A DNA stretch of 63,153 nt from an uncultured Lachnospiraceae bacterium. Its GTDB lineage: Bacteria > Bacillota > Clostridia > Oscillospirales > CAG-272. Numbering within the stretch: position 1 is the stretch's first letter; the number at the start of each line of letters is the position of its first letter. This document shows, one piece after another, positions 10,011 to 18,704 of this stretch. Position numbers and translations under genes: made by a program. The stretch spans positions 78,980-142,132 of the forward strand of contig CAZMAF010000001.1 in the NCBI GenBank assembly GCA_964564225.1, read 5' to 3'. Below the pieces are notes generated by a model. The model was not told where the DNA came from, did not search any database, and saw only the letters and a program-made list of their open reading frames with translations.

Positions 10011-10580
10011 TTAAAGAAGCATGGGTTGAAGTTGCCGTCCTGAAAGCGCTTCCTCGATCGTTTCGGGAAGCTTGGTCAGGTCGGCAATGAGCGAGGTCGG
10101 TTTGTGAATAGGATCGTCCTGACCGAAGGGAACGAAATAGCAGTTTTTTCTGACAGTCAGGGCGGCAAGGTTGGAAAGTCCTTGCGCGAGCGCATCGTTG
10201 GAGGCGAGAGCAATGACGAGTGGACGGGCGTTTCTGAGATGCGCTTTGGCTGCCATTGGTACGGTGGCGTCAATAATGCCGTGCGCGAGCTTGGCAAGGG
10301 TGTTGCCCGTGCAGGGGGCGATGGCGAGAAGATCAAAGAGTTTTGCAGGACCGATGGTTTCGGCTTCGACGATTGAGCGGATAGCAGGCTCGCCGCAGAG
10401 CGCTTCAACGGTTTTGCAGAAATCCTCGGCGCGTCCGAAGCGCGTGGAGGTTGTTTGCACTGCTTCGCTGAAGATTGGAATTACGCGGTAGCGCTCGCAA
10501 AGGATGGGCAGTAGAGAAAGAAGCGCTTTGTGGGTACAGAACGAGCCGCAGATGGCGAGCCCGACGGTGTGTTCTTTCAT
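10011..10580 (-). CDS. spoVFB: Dipicolinate synthase subunit B (flavoprotein)
   Basis: 189 aa. VGLAICGSFCTHK is a homo-oligomeric flavoprotein motif, and the gene lies immediately downstream of spoVFA. Confidence 0.85.
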   Translation of the reverse strand: MKEHTVGLAICGSFCTHKALLSLLPILCERYRVIPIFSEAVQTTSTRFGRAEDFCKTVEALCGEPAIRSIVEAETIGPAKLFDLLAIAPCTGNTLAKLAHGIIDATVPMAAKAHLRNARPLVIALASNDALAQGLSNLAALTVRKNCYFVPFGQDDPIHKPTSLIADLTKLPETIEEALSGRQLQPMLL

Positions 10581-10589
10581 AGCGACTCC

Positions 10590-11453
10590 TTACAGTCCGA
10601 AGGCATCGCTGACACAGTCTGCGATGATCCTGCCCGCTGTTTTCGGCGAGAATTTACCGGGAAGTCCGAGCGCTGTATTGATACGAAGTCCTTTTTCGCC
10701 CGCCGCGCGCAGATCAATACCGCCGGGCAGGGAAGCAAGCTCAATGACGGTGGCATCCTTGGGGATTTTTTCGATTACCTCGCGTGTGATGACCTCCTCA
10801 GGTACGGTGTTAAAGAGAAAATCGCAGGTTTCAACGAGAGAGGGCAGACTGAGAAAGCCGTATGCCGCAAGTCCTGCGCTGTATGCCCACGCGCGATCGC
10901 GGGCAGAACGCGCGACGACCGTGACGTTTGCACCGAGTGACGACAGGCTGTCGGCAAGCATTTTGCCGATTCTGCCGTAACCCGTAATGATGACGTGCGA
11001 ATTGCAAAGCGTGATCGTACTTTCACGAATGGCGATGGCAAGAGCGCCTTCGACGGTGGCACGCGCGTTTTTAATGGCAAAGGTTTCGCCCGATGCATAG
11101 TCGAAGACCGAGAAGCCTTCGGGAAGTTCTGCGCCGAGAAGTCCGGCCGCTATTTTCTGATGGCGCGAAAGGTGGGCGAAAAGCTCGGCAAGTGTGATGG
11201 GTTTGGTGGAAAGCGGGGCGTTGATCTTTATGCCGTCGTAGCTGTACGGCAGAGGGAGAATGACAAGATCGGCAAGATATAAAGCATCCTTCAGATCGGG
11301 CGCTTTCTGAAGCTGTCCCGCGGTATCACTCACGACGTCAAGCCCGTAGACCGATACCGTAAAGCCCGCGTCGTAAAACGCTTTGGCAGCTTCAAGCTGT
11401 CTGAGATCGCCGCCGATCACGGCGATTTTTTTAGGCAAAGATGTCTGTTTCAT
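10590..11453 (-). CDS. spoVFA: Dipicolinate synthase subunit A
   Basis: 287 aa. Rossmann motif ITGYGRIGK, N-terminal IAVIGGDLRQ, and pairing with spoVFB. Confidence 0.85.
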   Translation of the reverse strand: MKQTSLPKKIAVIGGDLRQLEAAKAFYDAGFTVSVYGLDVVSDTAGQLQKAPDLKDALYLADLVILPLPYSYDGIKINAPLSTKPITLAELFAHLSRHQKIAAGLLGAELPEGFSVFDYASGETFAIKNARATVEGALAIAIRESTITLCNSHVIITGYGRIGKMLADSLSSLGANVTVVARSARDRAWAYSAGLAAYGFLSLPSLVETCDFLFNTVPEEVITREVIEKIPKDATVIELASLPGGIDLRAAGEKGLRINTALGLPGKFSPKTAGRIIADCVSDAFGL

Positions 11454-11723
11454 GGGGGATTCCTTTCCTTTTGGACTTCTTTAACAGTATATGATGAAGA
11501 AACCCTCGGGTGAAAGGAAAAGAGGAAGGGTGAGAACTTTGAAAAATCGAGATTTATCGGTCCGCGGGAGCTGTTAAAAAATGTCCCCATATCCCCAGAA
11601 CTTTCAAAACAAGGCAAAAACAAATTTCATCGAAAAACCGAGGGGCATTTTTTTGTCTTCTGCATAGAATAGGAGTAAAGGCGAAGGTGGCTTCGTCTTG
11701 AATCTATGACAGGAGGGTGAAAT

Positions 11724-12521
11724 ATGCCTGATATCAGAGGAATGTCGCACGACTGCTCGCCGCGGCGTGAAACAGTCTGCATTGACACGTACAGAATCCT
11801 TGATAGCTGTAAGGACAAAGATTGTTTTGAAGATACGAATTTACTTCTGACCGATTACGGACAGGAGATCATTGAAAAGTCGTCAAACGTTCGTGTGGCA
11901 TCTACGGAGCTTGTCTGGAGCGATATTTCGGTATCGCCCGTGAAGTTTAATAAAGGTTTTTATCAAGTTAATATTCGCTACTATACGAAGCTCGTTCTTG
12001 AAGCGTGCGTAACCATGGGTAAGGTGCAGGAGCTTGAAGCGCTTGCCGTCAACGATAAGACCGTCGTTTTATACGGCGGCTGCGGCAGAGTCAGCTCGTT
12101 CAGAAGCGGTGCGCTTGCTGACGATTTTTGTATGTGCAAGAATGACGAGGTCAAAACGACCTCCGATCCCAGTGTCGTCGTCGAAGCGGTCGATCCCATT
12201 GCGCTTTCGATTAAGGTTTGTGAGGAAGTTAAAAAATGCTGTTGTGTTTGTTCCTGCGAAGACGTGCCGATGAAGGTGCTAAACTGCCTTAGCGGCAATC
12301 TCTGCCATAGCAGAGGGCAAAAGAACGTTTACGTTACACTCGGCTTTTTCTCGGTCATTCGCGTAGAGCGTCCCGCTCAGCTGATGATCTCTGCGACCGA
12401 ATACGCAGTTCCCGACAAGGTTTGCTGTAAGCAGGACGAGGAAGATCCTTGCGCGCTTTTTGCCAAAATGTCCTTTCCGACGTCGGAATTTACGACGGGC
12501 TGCTGTCAGAACGAGTGCTGA
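11724..12521 (+). CDS. Cysteine-rich hypothetical protein (possible spore-associated protein)
   Basis: 265 aa after a GGAGGG RBS. Cys clusters include KKCCCVCSCED and a C-terminal GCCQNEC. Divergent from spoVFA. Confidence 0.6.
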   Translation: MPDIRGMSHDCSPRRETVCIDTYRILDSCKDKDCFEDTNLLLTDYGQEIIEKSSNVRVASTELVWSDISVSPVKFNKGFYQVNIRYYTKLVLEACVTMGKVQELEALAVNDKTVVLYGGCGRVSSFRSGALADDFCMCKNDEVKTTSDPSVVVEAVDPIALSIKVCEEVKKCCCVCSCEDVPMKVLNCLSGNLCHSRGQKNVYVTLGFFSVIRVERPAQLMISATEYAVPDKVCCKQDEEDPCALFAKMSFPTSEFTTGCCQNEC

Positions 12522-12578
12522 TTAAAAAAACGGGCGAAATTCAAAGAGCAATTGGCTTTCGCCCGTTATAAAAAACAA

Positions 12579-12608
12579 AAACCAAGATCGTTTGACCTTG
12601 GTTTTTTG
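12579..12608 (+). terminator. Rho-independent terminator after the Cys-rich gene
   Basis: ACCAAG/CTTGGT stem followed by TTTTTG. A second, looser hairpin (CGGGCGAAA...TTTCGCCCG) lies at 12530-12567. Confidence 0.55.
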
Positions 12609-13106
12609 TCATGGTTAGATACGTTTGAAATTTGCGGTATTGGAATGGTTTTGAGGAGTTTTTGAATCAGGATTTCTTGTTTTTTGCTGAAAACGTCCTG
12701 TATTAGTGATAATTTCAAAATAAAAATTTCCTCACGGTTGCGGGTGATACCGCATATTCATATTTTTCTGTTATTATCTGAAAGATCAATGGACGTCGGT
12801 ACAAACTTTACTGTTTCGTTTTCGCAGCGAAAAACACAATTTACTTGCTTTTGAATAGCATACTTGCTTGTAGAACGGCAATGGTTCAACGATGATTACG
12901 AAGAATTTATGAGTGGAAACGGTTTCGGATTAAATACCGTTCGTTGTCTTGACCAAAACATTGTTTTTATTGATGACCGTTTGAGTTTTTCCTGTGATGA
13001 AATTGAAATCGTTCGTGCGGTTTGTAATCCTGATATTGGAAAAACCGTTCAAAATTTACTCGCTAAACGCAAGAAAAATCAGGAGCAAGTGTTATCCTTT
13101 TTCTAC

Positions 13107-13142
13107 AAAAAAACGACCTGCCGCGCGGCAGGTCGTTTTTTG
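13107..13142. terminator. Bidirectional terminator downstream of the oxidoreductase operon
   Basis: AAAAAAACGACCTGCC-GCGC-GGCAGGTCGTTTTTT, a perfect GC-rich stem flanked by A and T tracts. Confidence 0.8.
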
Positions 13143-13161
13143 TAGATTGTTTTTTGATGGT

Positions 13162-13698
13162 TCAGCTCTTGTAATGATAACCGATGGCGAAAGCTTTTTT
13201 ATTGTTTTCGATCAGTTTCGCCTTGGATGCAGGAATGGAGGCTACCATGTGTTCGATGAACTCGTCCTTGTCAAAGATGCCCGATTCGGCAACGAATTTG
13301 CCGAGCATAATGACGTTAGCGCCGCCTTTGAGGTCGTTTTTATCGGCAAGCTCGGTAGCGGGAATGTAGAAAGCGCGGATGTCGTTTCTTTCGCTCTTTT
13401 TGGAAATGAGCGTAGAGTCAACGAGCAGGATACCGCCTTCGGCTACCGTAGGCTCGAACTTTTCAAAGGATTGAATGTTGAAGGAAAAGAGTACGTCGGG
13501 CAGGTTGACGATGGGAGAGCCGATTTCCTCATCCGAGAGAATCACGCTGCAGTTTGCCGTACCGCCGCGCATTTCGGGACCGTAGGAGGGAAGCCACGAT
13601 ACCTTCATATCCTTATCCATACCGACCTTTGCGATCTGCTTACCGGCAAAGAGAACGCCCTGACCGCCAAAGCCTGCAATGAGAATTTTCGTCGTCAT
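13162..13698 (-). CDS. korG: 2-oxoacid:ferredoxin oxidoreductase, gamma subunit
   Basis: 178 aa. N-terminal ILIAGFGGQGVLFAGK is typical of POR/KOR gamma subunits. Confidence 0.85.
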   Translation of the reverse strand: MTTKILIAGFGGQGVLFAGKQIAKVGMDKDMKVSWLPSYGPEMRGGTANCSVILSDEEIGSPIVNLPDVLFSFNIQSFEKFEPTVAEGGILLVDSTLISKKSERNDIRAFYIPATELADKNDLKGGANVIMLGKFVAESGIFDKDEFIEHMVASIPASKAKLIENNKKAFAIGYHYKS

Positions 13699-13699
13699 T

Positions 13700-14452
13700 T
13701 TAGTTTTCCTCCTTGCTCTTGTCCTTGTATACGCCGAGCGGATAGAAGGGCATCATATTCTGTCTGAGCCATTCGAGTGCTTCGGTGGGGGCAAGTCCCC
13801 AGTTGGTAGGACAGGTTGAAAGCACCTCAACGATCGAGAAGCCTTTTTTGTCAAGCTGGTTCCGGAACGCCTTTCTGATTGCCTTTTTGGCCGCGATGAC
13901 GTTCTTGGGGCAGTCGACGGCTACACGCTCGGCGTAAGCCGTGCCGTCAAGCGTTGAAAGCATTTCGCAAACGTGAACGGGATTACCCTGAATTTTGGGG
14001 TCTCTGCCGTAGGGCGAGGTGGTAGTTACCTGACCGAGCAGGGTAGTGGGCGCCATCTGACCGCCCGTCATACCGTAGATTGCGTTGTTGATAAAAATAA
14101 CTGTGATATTTTCACGACGCGATGCGGCGTGTACCGTTTAGGCAGTGCCGAGAGCGGCAAGGCCGCCGTCGCCCTGATAGGTGAAAACGACGTTTTCGGG
14201 AAGCGAGCGTTTGACACCTGTTGCAACAGCGGGCGCTCTGCCGTGTGGCGCTTCGATCATATCGCATTCAAAATAGTTATAAGCAAATACCGAGCAGCCG
14301 ACGGGTGCAATACCGATTGTTTTGCCCTCAATGCCAAGCTCGTCGATCACTTCGGCGACAAGGCGATGCACGATACCGTGCGTACAGCCGGGGCAGTAAT
14401 GGAAGGGTACGTCAGCAAGCGCGTGCGGTTTATCAAATACAACTTTACTCAT
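13700..14452 (-). pseudogene. korB: 2-oxoacid:ferredoxin oxidoreductase beta (TPP-binding) subunit, interrupted by an in-frame TAA
   Basis: Track ORFs 14138-14452 and 13700-14071 are in the same frame. The sequence reads ...[43 protein letters not shown], so the stop (14138-14140) sits inside the GDG...NN TPP motif. Confidence 0.8.
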
Positions 14453-15510
14453 CAGATTTTACCTCCGATTTTACGGATTTCGGCAAGGATTTCTTCGGGT
14501 GTGGGCATCATACCGCCCGTTCTGCCGTAGAAGGATACGGGGCGCGAGCATTCGATAGCGAGCTTAACGTCGCCCGTCATCTGACCTTTATTGAGTTCAA
14601 CGACGAGAAATTCCTTAGCGGTCTTTGCAACCTTTGCCAATGTTTTGTTGGGGTAAGGCCAAAGGGTGATGGGACGAACCATACCGACTTTGATGCCTTC
14701 CTTGCGCGCCATTGAGATGGCAGTTTTACAGATACGGCTCGTAATACCGTAAGAAACGATCACGATGTCGGCGTCTTCGGTCAGATATTCCTCGGCGCGT
14801 ACTTCGTTTTCTTCGATTTCGGCATAACGGATAAAACGCTCGTTGATTGAGTTTTCAAGCTCATCAGGCTTGATAAAGAGCGAGTTGATGATGTTTTTCG
14901 TTCTCTTGCCTTCAGTACCTGTGGTTGCCCAAGGCTTTTCGGGCAGAACGGCAGCGTCGGTATCCTTAAATTCAACCGGCTCCATCATCTGACCGAGCGC
15001 GCCATCGGCGAGCATCATAACCGGAACGCGATATTTGTCGCCAAGTTCGAAAGCGAGCGAGGTGAAGTCAGCTGCTTCCTGAATGCTGCTGGGCGCAAGA
15101 ACGATGAGGTGAAGGTCACCGTGACCGTTTGCCTTGGTTGCCTGATAGTAGTCGCTCTGTGCGGGCTGAATACCGCCAAGACCGGGGCCGCCGCGCTGTA
15201 CGTTCAGAATGAGGGCGGGCAGATCGCTGCCGACCATGTAGGAAATACCTTCGCTCTTTAAGGAAATACCGGGCGAGGAGGAGGAGGTCATAACGCGAAC
15301 GCCTGCCGAGGATGCGCCGAGTACCATATTGATCGCGGCAATTTCACTTTCGGCTTGCAGACAGAGTCCGCCGACCTTGGGCATTCTTTTTGCCATATAT
15401 GCGGCAATTTCGGTCTGAGGCGTAATGGGATAACCGAAATAGTGGCGGCAACCCGAGCGGATTGCAGCTTCAGCAATGGCTTCATTGCCTTTCATTAAAA
15501 CCTTTGCCAT
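14452..15510 (-). CDS. korA: 2-oxoacid:ferredoxin oxidoreductase, alpha subunit
   Basis: Real start [17 protein letters not shown] at 15508-15510 after AGGAGG. Its stop overlaps the beta-subunit ATG (ATGA). Confidence 0.85.
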   Translation of the reverse strand: MAKVLMKGNEAIAEAAIRSGCRHYFGYPITPQTEIAAYMAKRMPKVGGLCLQAESEIAAINMVLGASSAGVRVMTSSSSPGISLKSEGISYMVGSDLPALILNVQRGGPGLGGIQPAQSDYYQATKANGHGDLHLIVLAPSSIQEAADFTSLAFELGDKYRVPVMMLADGALGQMMEPVEFKDTDAAVLPEKPWATTGTEGKRTKNIINSLFIKPDELENSINERFIRYAEIEENEVRAEEYLTEDADIVIVSYGITSRICKTAISMARKEGIKVGMVRPITLWPYPNKTLAKVAKTAKEFLVVELNKGQMTGDVKLAIECSRPVSFYGRTGGMMPTPEEILAEIRKIGGKI

Positions 15511-15512
15511 AC

Positions 15513-15725
15513 TCAAACCTCCTTTTCCACTTTGATGGCGACGTCGGGGCACATCATAGCGCAAAGCGCACAGCCTCTGCATTTTGCCATATCGGTCACC
15601 TCTGCGGGATGGTAACCTTTTGCATTTAATTTGTCGGTAGCAAGCACCAGAATTTTGGTGGGGCAAGCCGTCGTACAAAGACCGCAGCCCTTACAGGTAT
15701 CGACAGAGATGGTAACTTTGTTCAT
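15513..15725 (-). CDS. korD: 4Fe-4S ferredoxin-type delta subunit
   Basis: 70 aa from MNKVTISVDTCKGCGLCTTACP ... CRGCALCAMMCP, i.e. two CxxCxxCxxxCP clusters. Confidence 0.85.
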   Translation of the reverse strand: MNKVTISVDTCKGCGLCTTACPTKILVLATDKLNAKGYHPAEVTDMAKCRGCALCAMMCPDVAIKVEKEV

Positions 15726-15754
15726 AGCGGTTCCTTTCGTTTTATGTAAAGTAA

Positions 15755-16405
15755 TTAATAGATCTTTTTGGTGACGTCGCGAATGGCAAACGTCGGGTCG
15801 GGACATTTCGGGAAAACGGTTTCAACGTGTGACGTGTAGAGTAAAGGAAGGCTTGACTTTGCGGCAATTTCGTCTGCGTAACGAAAGGAAGCTTCGATAT
15901 GCCCGGCAGTCGTTTCCGCTCCGAGATTGGAATTGTTGATAAAGCCTGTGAAGGAAAGGGAGCAGTTATCTTCAATTTCGCGCAGGTTTTCAAGCGCATC
16001 GTCAGCCGTTTGGGTGAGCGGTCGGTACATATTGACGACGGCGATCATATCGTAGCCAAGCTTTTTGATGGCGGTTCGGTAAACGCCGAGCGCGATTGCG
16101 CCGTCCTTATCGCCGCCAACGTCGAAAATGACCGTTTCATCCGATGAAAATACCGAATGGATCTGTGGCGGAAGGGTGGGTACATCCACGTTGGTATTGG
16201 CAAACTGCGGCAGGATACATCTTACCCCGTGCGCTTCCAGCTCCGCGCGATTGTCGGCGGCGCGAAAATAGGGATTGACAATGTCAAGGTCAACGAGCGC
16301 AACCTTTTTGCCGTTTTCAGCAAGCTTTAATGCGAGATTGATGGCAATATTTGTTTTCCCCGAGCCGTAATGACCGGAGATAATGATAACTTTTTTATCC
16401 CACAT
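15755..16405 (-). CDS. P-loop ATPase (MinD/ParA/CobQ-like nucleotide-binding protein)
   Basis: 216 aa. It has a deviant Walker A (SGHYGSGKTNIA) and a VDLD Walker B-like block. Confidence 0.65.
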   Translation of the reverse strand: MWDKKVIIISGHYGSGKTNIAINLALKLAENGKKVALVDLDIVNPYFRAADNRAELEAHGVRCILPQFANTNVDVPTLPPQIHSVFSSDETVIFDVGGDKDGAIALGVYRTAIKKLGYDMIAVVNMYRPLTQTADDALENLREIEDNCSLSFTGFINNSNLGAETTAGHIEASFRYADEIAAKSSLPLLYTSHVETVFPKCPDPTFAIRDVTKKIY

Positions 16406-16616
16406 ATTGACGGCAACCTCCTTTAAAAGCTCTTTACATTATAGCATATATTCAGACAAAATAAAAGAGCTTTTTTGATATTTTTTTATTTTTTCACATG
16501 TTTTTTTGTGAAAAACATGGAAAAAAGCAAATTCCTATGACATGCCGCAAAAAGCCGCGCGGCGCGAAGGCTACCCTTTTGTGTGGCACAGATGACATAT
16601 CAGGAATTATCAGAGC

Positions 16617-16640
16617 AGAGAGAGAGAGAGAGAGAGAGAG
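16617..16640. repeat. (AG)12 dinucleotide microsatellite, intergenic
   Basis: 24 nt of perfect AG repeats, read directly from the sequence. Confidence 0.95.
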
Positions 16641-16683
16641 TTCGCACCGACATTGCAGTGAAGGTTTGTTGTGACAGTAAAGC

Positions 16684-16717
16684 AAAAGGCTGTGACCCGG
16701 AGGAGTCACAGCCTTTT
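16684..16717. terminator. Bidirectional terminator after the lipoprotein pair
   Basis: AAAAGGCTGTGAC-CCGGAGGA-GTCACAGCCTTTT. Confidence 0.75.
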
Positions 16718-16724
16718 GCAGTTG

Positions 16725-16994
16725 TCAGGTTGCAGAGTCTTCCGTCGGGATGTCTTCGGTTCCCGGCGTTTCGGTTACGGTACTTGTTGTGTTGGGATAT
16801 TTGATCCAATTCGACATTTCGTAATAGGTCGTATTGAAAAACTCGACGTTTAAGGGATCGGGTACGTATTCGGTACGTTCAGGTGCGGGAAGGGGATTGA
16901 TTTCGATTTCGTTTGCGGGTTTGATTGAGCCGCAAGCGGTAAACAGTATCAGCAAAAGAAGGGAAAGGCTCACAAGAGAGAGTATTTTTTTCAT
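16725..16994 (-). CDS. Small lipoprotein
   Basis: Start MKKILSLVSLSLLLLILFTAC (lipobox LFTAC) after AGGAGG, 10 nt downstream of the preceding gene. Confidence 0.7.
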   Translation of the reverse strand: MKKILSLVSLSLLLLILFTACGSIKPANEIEINPLPAPERTEYVPDPLNVEFFNTTYYEMSNWIKYPNTTSTVTETPGTEDIPTEDSAT

Positions 16995-17004
16995 TTCGTC
17001 CTCC

Positions 17005-18558
17005 TTATTCAACCACAGCAATCATCTGTCGTATGGTGGCAAGCTCGACGGTGAGTGAAGCAACGGTGTATTTGACACCGTCTTTGGTGTAGTATGCTTC
17101 AAGCTTGATGGATTCGATCTCGTGATCGTATTCGATGTTATTGAGCGCCATACTCATAATGTAGCCGCGCTCGTATTGCTCACCGAAATAGCTTGCGGTC
17201 AGTTTTTCGTCATCGTTATCAATAATTGAAGAATAAACGGTTGAGACGCTGACTTCGCAGTTGGGTAGTCCGACGACGTCGCCGTTTTCATCGTAGGCGG
17301 TAAAGACGTAAGAAATACGCGAGGCAAAACGAGTGGGAACGGCGGTAGCGAGCTGCATATTAAACTTATAAATGCCAAGCACGTTCGTCGCATCGGTCAG
17401 ACGGATACGGAGTTTGCCTGTTCCGGTGGCGTTGCCTGCTTCCTCACTGAAATCGTTCCATTCGTGATATTTGGTGGGAATGTAGGTGTAGGGTGATACC
17501 GAAACGCCTTCGCGTGTCAGCACGCAAGAGTCGAGCAATTCCGTGAAATCAAGTGTCTCTTGGGCAACCGAAGTTTCAATGGCATTGCGTGAAAAATGAA
17601 GCTCAAGGTTGAAGGAAAATCCCTGACGTGTCAGGAAATTAACGGTGTCCGAGAAGGGAATGACGGCAAGATAGCCTTCTTCCACTCCGAAATCCTTGAT
17701 GGTCAGCGTTTCGGTTTCCGTGATAACGGTATCGTAGAGCGTTTGTGTTCTGACGCGGCAGAGCGAGGTGCTGACACCTTCGTATTCGCCGTTTTTTTGC
17801 GTAAAATTATAACGAATGCCAACCGTATTGATGTTGAGGGTGGGTATGGCAAAGCAGACAAACATGTTCAGATTGCCGTTGGCATCGGGTAAAGAAGCAC
17901 CGAGATAGTAGATGGAGCTGATGTCGGCATCGTTCGTATGATTTGAGGTTTGGAATTTAATCCATTTTTGCACTTCGATCACCTCGCTTGTTTCCTGGTG
18001 GGCGAAGGGCAGGGGATTGGATAAAATGTGTTCTTCCAGCAGATCTCTGATGACAAAGGTCTGCTTGGCGGTGTAATATTTTTCATTGCCGATAACGTAG
18101 TACGCGGCGATTTCGTAGGTGAGTCCCTCCTCGTCCGTCGGAATGCGGTCGAGCGATCTGACAAAGAGATATCCGTCTTCGATGCCGAAATCTTCGGAGG
18201 TGATAACGGTGCTGCCCTCTTCGTTTTCGATGGTGCGGTAAAGGGTATAGAGTTTGACCGTGGAGCGCGAGCTGCGTGTGCCGTCTGCATAAATGATGCA
18301 GGCTTCAAAACCTACGTAGTCAACGTGGTTAGTGGGAACTGCGCCGACAAACTGTATGGAAAAGCGGTTATCCTCGGGGTTGGAGCATCGCAGGAAAAGC
18401 GTGCCTTGCTGTATGGCTTCGGTTGTGATCTCGGGGAGAGTGCCGACCGAGAGCGCAGCACCTTCACCGTTATTGTTTGCGGCACAGCCCGTACACGCCA
18501 CTGTCAAGACAATTATAAAAACCGCAAGCGTGGTGGCGGCGATAAGTAATCGTTTCAT
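17005..18558 (-). CDS. Secreted/lipoprotein with three internal ~150-aa repeats, function unknown
   Basis: 517 aa. The signal peptide plus Cys is LTVACTGC. Three recurring modules each end in FG(I/V/E)E(D/E/Q)GYL/GYI-type blocks. Confidence 0.7.
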   Translation of the reverse strand: MKRLLIAATTLAVFIIVLTVACTGCAANNNGEGAALSVGTLPEITTEAIQQGTLFLRCSNPEDNRFSIQFVGAVPTNHVDYVGFEACIIYADGTRSSRSTVKLYTLYRTIENEEGSTVITSEDFGIEDGYLFVRSLDRIPTDEEGLTYEIAAYYVIGNEKYYTAKQTFVIRDLLEEHILSNPLPFAHQETSEVIEVQKWIKFQTSNHTNDADISSIYYLGASLPDANGNLNMFVCFAIPTLNINTVGIRYNFTQKNGEYEGVSTSLCRVRTQTLYDTVITETETLTIKDFGVEEGYLAVIPFSDTVNFLTRQGFSFNLELHFSRNAIETSVAQETLDFTELLDSCVLTREGVSVSPYTYIPTKYHEWNDFSEEAGNATGTGKLRIRLTDATNVLGIYKFNMQLATAVPTRFASRISYVFTAYDENGDVVGLPNCEVSVSTVYSSIIDNDDEKLTASYFGEQYERGYIMSMALNNIEYDHEIESIKLEAYYTKDGVKYTVASLTVELATIRQMIAVVE

Positions 18559-18704
18559 AGAATATAAACTTCCTTTTGCAAAAGATCGTTTTCGTAAATT
18601 GTCCTTATGTTATACTGCCTGTATTGTATATTATACAGTAGTTCGCACGTATTGTCAAGGGAATTCACAGCAAAACTGAGGCAGGGATTGTTGGTAAAAA
18701 ACGG

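Noticed and set aside
15513-15806. Long forms of the delta (97 aa) and alpha (408 aa) oxidoreductase ORFs
   Set aside because: The upstream extensions overlap the preceding genes and lack RBSs. Internal ATGs with AGGAGG-type RBSs give the canonical N-termini (MNKVTISVDTC and [11 protein letters not shown]).
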